Source: a virus
Lineage: Duplodnaviria > Caudoviricetes
Length of the DNA stretch: 64,000 bases
Virus record (IMG/VR): IMGVR_UViG_3300043101_000190
Span: 36,424-100,423 of that record
Direction: 5' to 3' (one strand)
Shown: piece by piece, positions 60,433 through 64,000 of the stretch
Position numbering within the stretch: the stretch's first letter is position 1
Layout: each line of letters starts with the position of its first letter
Notes under the pieces: generated by a model
Told to the model about the DNA's origin: nothing
What the model saw: only the letters and a program-made list of their open reading frames with translations
Database searches by the model: none
Made by a program: the position numbers and the translations under genes

Positions 60433-60487
60433 AACAGCCAACAAAATTATTTACCATAAATTATTATGTGTTGGCTGTTTATTTTTT
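60433..60487 (+). terminator. 11-bp inverted repeat with 25-nt loop plus T-rich tail
   Basis: AACAGCCAACA(60433-43)/TGTTGGCTGTT(60469-79). Confidence 0.5.
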
Positions 60488-60531
60488 AAGTGATGAATAT
60501 ATAGAAAAAATATATGAGTAGGTGAGAAGCT

Positions 60532-61146
60532 GTGATAGTAAAAAATGTATCTAATGAAATAATAACAATTAAAAATCATTGTCTTCGACCTAATGAAACT
60601 GTTGAAGTTACAGGAGTAGATTTAAGGCACTATAAGGGTAAGATTAAAATGGTTGCCAAAATGGAAAAATACGAAGATAAAACTACTCCTGTTAAAACTA
60701 CTAAAAGTAGTAGTGCTAAAAGTAATAGTATTAAGAAGGAAGATGAAGCAAAGAAAACTAATAGAAAAACTAATGATAAAGTTAAAAGTTCTGATGATAA
60801 TTCTAAAAAATTATCTAATAATTCATCAGAAAATTCATCAGAAAATCTAAAAGATTATATCAAAAAAGATGAAGTCGTTAAAATGATAAATGATTTAAAA
60901 AAAGATTTTGAAAAAACTAAAGAAGCTCCTGCTAAAGTAGTTAAAGAACAACCTAAAGAAATAGTTAAGGAAGTAATTAAAGAAACTACAATAGATTTTT
61001 CTAATGCTGAAAAATTAAAAGAATATTATTTGAATTATTGTAAGGATAATAATATAAATAGTTTAATTATAAATAGTTTAAATAATGCAAAAACAAAAGA
61101 ACAAATATTATATGTAGTCATTAATTATATTTTACCTTTGTTTTAA
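60532..61146 (+). CDS. K-rich hypothetical virion protein
   Basis: 204-aa ORF, low-complexity centre, precedes neck gene. Confidence 0.55.
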   Translation: MIVKNVSNEIITIKNHCLRPNETVEVTGVDLRHYKGKIKMVAKMEKYEDKTTPVKTTKSSSAKSNSIKKEDEAKKTNRKTNDKVKSSDDNSKKLSNNSSENSSENLKDYIKKDEVVKMINDLKKDFEKTKEAPAKVVKEQPKEIVKEVIKETTIDFSNAEKLKEYYLNYCKDNNINSLIINSLNNAKTKEQILYVVINYILPLF

Positions 61147-61158
61147 GGAGGTGTTTTT

Positions 61159-61695
61159 ATGGCTTTTATTTTGGAAGCTGTTGATGATTATTCTGAACAT
61201 ATATACACTGATAGAGAAAGAGAATTAATACATATTTTAAGAACAATGTTAAAAGATTATCCTGATGATAATATGCTAACATTAAATCATTTAGTAGAAC
61301 AAGATAGAGGAGAAAGATGGTCAGACCAACAATTATTGGTTTATATTCAACAAGGGGTTGCTGATGTAAACTCAGAACCCCCATTAACAAGTTATACTGT
61401 TGAAAACTTTCCAACTAATTGGCAATCTTGTATGATGACTGGTGCTTTGATATTTGCTTTGCTTGCCGAAACAATTAAACAGTCAGGTGAATCTTTTAGT
61501 TATAGTGATAATGGTTTATCATTATCTATTGATGTTGCTGCAAAATATCAGGGTGTGCTTTCTACAATGTTGTCTGCGTATTCTTCATCCAAACAAAATC
61601 TTAAACGCTCTTGTAGACCGAAATCAAGTTCTATAAAATCAGGACCGAGCCTGAGACTCAGAACATATTGTCCAAGGCAATGGGTTTATAGATAA
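61159..61695 (+). CDS. head completion/neck (head-tail connector) protein
   Basis: WSDxxL..DVNxxPP.T, GA..AL, FSYSDNGLS pattern; GGAGGTG SD. Confidence 0.55.
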   Translation: MAFILEAVDDYSEHIYTDRERELIHILRTMLKDYPDDNMLTLNHLVEQDRGERWSDQQLLVYIQQGVADVNSEPPLTSYTVENFPTNWQSCMMTGALIFALLAETIKQSGESFSYSDNGLSLSIDVAAKYQGVLSTMLSAYSSSKQNLKRSCRPKSSSIKSGPSLRLRTYCPRQWVYR

Positions 61696-61712
61696 AGAAT
61701 TTTATATATTTT

Positions 61713-61750
61713 GCACAAAAGATGTCACATACGGCATCTTTTGTGTTTTT
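61713..61750. terminator. bidirectional terminator between convergent genes
   Basis: CACAAAAGATG...CATCTTTTGTG. Confidence 0.7.
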
Positions 61751-61774
61751 ATCTTTTATTTAATTTTTGATAAA

Positions 61775-63811
61775 TTATTCTTCCCAATTTGCAATTATTT
61801 TTCTATATTTCTTTTTGATTCTATAATAACGGGGCTTATCAATTAACATTATCTTTTTATCAGGATATTCTTCTTTGAATCCTTCAAATTTATTTTTACC
61901 ATCCTCAAACCAAAATCCTTTAACTTCAATGTATAAATCATACTTTGGCAAGTAAAAATCGGGAATATAAAATTTATCAATACTATCTATATGAAAGTAA
62001 GTTGGTTCATATTGGTATTCAATATTTTTACTTACTAATATTCTTGCTATGTTTGCTTCCCAAGTAGACCTGAAATACTGATTATTTAAATCGGCTCTTT
62101 TTCCACCTTTTGCTTTAAATGGAGAATATTCACTTGAATGCATCATATCATTTTGAGTATTCATTTGTTTTGTTATTATTTGATATTTACCTGCACAACT
62201 AGTTGAACAAAATCTTACAGTATCATAACAAGTGGTAAATTCTTTACCACAAAATTCACAATTTATTGTTCTTGCTTTTAATTTACGCTCATAATCTCTT
62301 TTACATTTAATTGAACAATACATTGTTTTTGAATCAATTGAAATAAATTCTGTACCACAATTTTTACAAGAAAATTTAAATCCCTTTGGAAATTCAATAT
62401 CTTTAGTTATTGATAACCATGTTTTTTTATTCCTTACGTTTCTTACAACGTGTTCAGGAATATCTGTTTCTTTTATTATTTCTTGTGTAGGCTTTTGTTT
62501 TAATAACATTTCGATAACTTTATTAATTTGTTCTTCTGTATATTTTTGTTTAATTATTTTTTTTGTTTGTTCTTCTTTTTGTTTTTTATCTATTTTTTTA
62601 TTTGTTGATTGTCCTCTATATATTTGTGTTCTTTCGATATTATTTTCTTCTTTTATTTGAGTTATTCTCTTTGTAGATAATTTGTATTTTTGAGCAATTT
62701 CTTTTATTGTTAATTCATTTGCTATTAAATCGTTTTTTATATTTTCTAACATTTCATCGTTTATTTCTTTATTTTTAAGAACAGGAAAAACAATATCTTT
62801 CGTAAGTTCTTCGTAAATCTTTCTATTTTTTATATGATATAAATCTTTAAGAGTTACAGTTGTTGCTTCGGAAGTTTCTTTCATTCCTTTGCCGTTTTTT
62901 AACATATCAATCGCAGTTAATATTTGTTCTTTTGTATATTTAGTGTCAAACTTTTCAGCTATTCTCTTTTTTGCAGATTGTGAAGAAATAACAGATAATT
63001 TCTCTTTAGTTTCATCAGAAGCAACATATTTATGATGTCTTTCTATGTTATTTTCTCTTCTTAATGTTTTTACTAAAGTTTTACCAACACCAAATTTATT
63101 AGCAATTTGTTGTATTGTTAAATCATCATTCTTTAATTCTTCTATTATTTGATTCTTTATTTCTTGTGCAACTTTACTGTTTTTTGGTTTGTAAGTTCTA
63201 ATAATATTATTATCAGTTTTTACTTTATTTACAAAACTTTCACTAACTTCAAATTTATTTGCAATTTCTATAATACTAAGTTTATCGTTTTTTAATTCTT
63301 CAATAATAAGAGCTATATTTTCTTCTGAGTATTTTTTATTACCTCTATGACAATTATGTGGCTTTTTAACATTATTTCTTTTTATAAAAAGTTTAACAGC
63401 GTTTAAAGTTATATTATATTTATCTGCAAGTTCTTGATTAGTTAATTTGCCTTCTTGTATATCTTTAATGATTAAATCATCATTATTTCCAAAATGAACT
63501 CTACTTCTTTGTATGTTGTTTCCTTTTATTAGTTCTGAAATATACTTGCGAGGTACATTAAACTTGTCTGCAATTTCTGTGTTAGTTAAATTGTCTTGTT
63601 TTAATTCTTCAATAATTTGATTGTTAAGTTCAATTGGATATTGTTTTTTGCTCTTATGTCTTTTTGTAATATTGTTTTCTTTTCTTAATTCTTTAACTAA
63701 ATTAATACTAACATCAAATTTTTTAGAAATATCAAACATACTCATTTTTGCTTCTTTTAAATCATCAATAATAGCATTTTTAAATTCTTCTGAATATTTT
63801 TCTTCTGATAT
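61775..63811 (-). CDS. multi-HTH, zinc-finger, PD-(D/E)XK endonuclease (homing-endonuclease-like)
   Basis: About 8 HTH repeats, NUMOD3-like SDETKEKLS, two CxxC..CSxxC fingers, FRSTWEAN..YEP..YIPDF..IEVKG; frame open to ATA at 63811 with GAAAGG SD. Confidence 0.75.
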   Translation of the reverse strand: MSEEKYSEEFKNAIIDDLKEAKMSMFDISKKFDVSINLVKELRKENNITKRHKSKKQYPIELNNQIIEELKQDNLTNTEIADKFNVPRKYISELIKGNNIQRSRVHFGNNDDLIIKDIQEGKLTNQELADKYNITLNAVKLFIKRNNVKKPHNCHRGNKKYSEENIALIIEELKNDKLSIIEIANKFEVSESFVNKVKTDNNIIRTYKPKNSKVAQEIKNQIIEELKNDDLTIQQIANKFGVGKTLVKTLRRENNIERHHKYVASDETKEKLSVISSQSAKKRIAEKFDTKYTKEQILTAIDMLKNGKGMKETSEATTVTLKDLYHIKNRKIYEELTKDIVFPVLKNKEINDEMLENIKNDLIANELTIKEIAQKYKLSTKRITQIKEENNIERTQIYRGQSTNKKIDKKQKEEQTKKIIKQKYTEEQINKVIEMLLKQKPTQEIIKETDIPEHVVRNVRNKKTWLSITKDIEFPKGFKFSCKNCGTEFISIDSKTMYCSIKCKRDYERKLKARTINCEFCGKEFTTCYDTVRFCSTSCAGKYQIITKQMNTQNDMMHSSEYSPFKAKGGKRADLNNQYFRSTWEANIARILVSKNIEYQYEPTYFHIDSIDKFYIPDFYLPKYDLYIEVKGFWFEDGKNKFEGFKEEYPDKKIMLIDKPRYYRIKKKYRKIIANWEE

Positions 63812-63876
63812 TTTTATTTTCCTTTCACTACTTATTTTTGAATTCTATATAAATTTATGTAAAAATTTTTAACGCA

Positions 63877-64000
63877 TTATTTACCTTCCCAATAAGGAAT
63901 TATGTTTTTGTATTTTTTTCTAATTTTATAATAACGAGGTGTATCAATCAACATTATTTTTTCATTAGGTGTTTCTTTCTTAAATGTATTGAATTTAATT
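63877..64000 (-). CDS. 3' end of a paralogous endonuclease (runs off window)
   Basis: IKFNTFKKETPNEKIMLIDTPRYYKIRKKYKNIIPYWEGK* matches C-term of 61775 gene. Confidence 0.75.
   Translation of the reverse strand, partial: IKFNTFKKETPNEKIMLIDTPRYYKIRKKYKNIIPYWEGK

Noticed and set aside
1-64000. Genome-wide stop-codon reassignment
   Set aside because: Genes, including an 8.5-kb ORF, are intact in the standard bacterial code and TAA, TAG and TGA all end genes; only one in-frame stop was found.
1-64000. tRNA, rRNA or CRISPR array
   Set aside because: No cloverleaf-like, rRNA-like or repeat-spacer pattern seen by eye; intergenic gaps are mostly short and explained by terminators.

Overview
AT-rich segment of a large tailed dsDNA bacteriophage, probably infecting a Firmicutes/Clostridia-type host (GGAGG/GAGGTG Shine-Dalgarno sites, many TTG/GTG starts, consensus sigmaA promoters). 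Nearly all genes are on the + strand. 0.6-7 kb is the head module (prohead protease, acidic head proteins, capsid decoration protein, major capsid protein resembling the mycobacteriophage Bxz1 type). 7-14 kb is an inserted non-structural block (PD-(D/E)XK nuclease, DinG-family helicase, FAD oxidoreductase, degenerate HD-GYP protein). 14.5-60.4 kb is a very large fibre/adhesin region that includes a 2.8k-aa fibre and three paralogous double-LamG lectin genes. After it come a neck-type gene and two tandem minus-strand multi-HTH nucleases. Main observations: (1) the only long G runs I found (G7, G8, G7, G7) all lie inside receptor-binding genes between 37 and 46 kb. Three of them frameshift their gene (each restored by G6 or G9) and one is in frame, which points to a poly-G phase-variation system for adhesins. 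Two of the switched genes are followed by competing RNA hairpins over the next gene's ribosome-binding site. (2) Fibre genes carry recurring matched C-terminal/N-terminal motifs that suggest a serial plug-and-socket assembly. (3) A sugar kinase, a nucleotidyltransferase and four PLOD-like glycosyltransferases sit among the fibre genes, a candidate self-contained virion glycosylation pathway. (4) Head-associated proteins share a basic R-L-x-[KR]-x-A leader. No tRNA, rRNA, CRISPR array or reverse transcriptase was seen. All family assignments come from motif recognition by eye, not from database searches.
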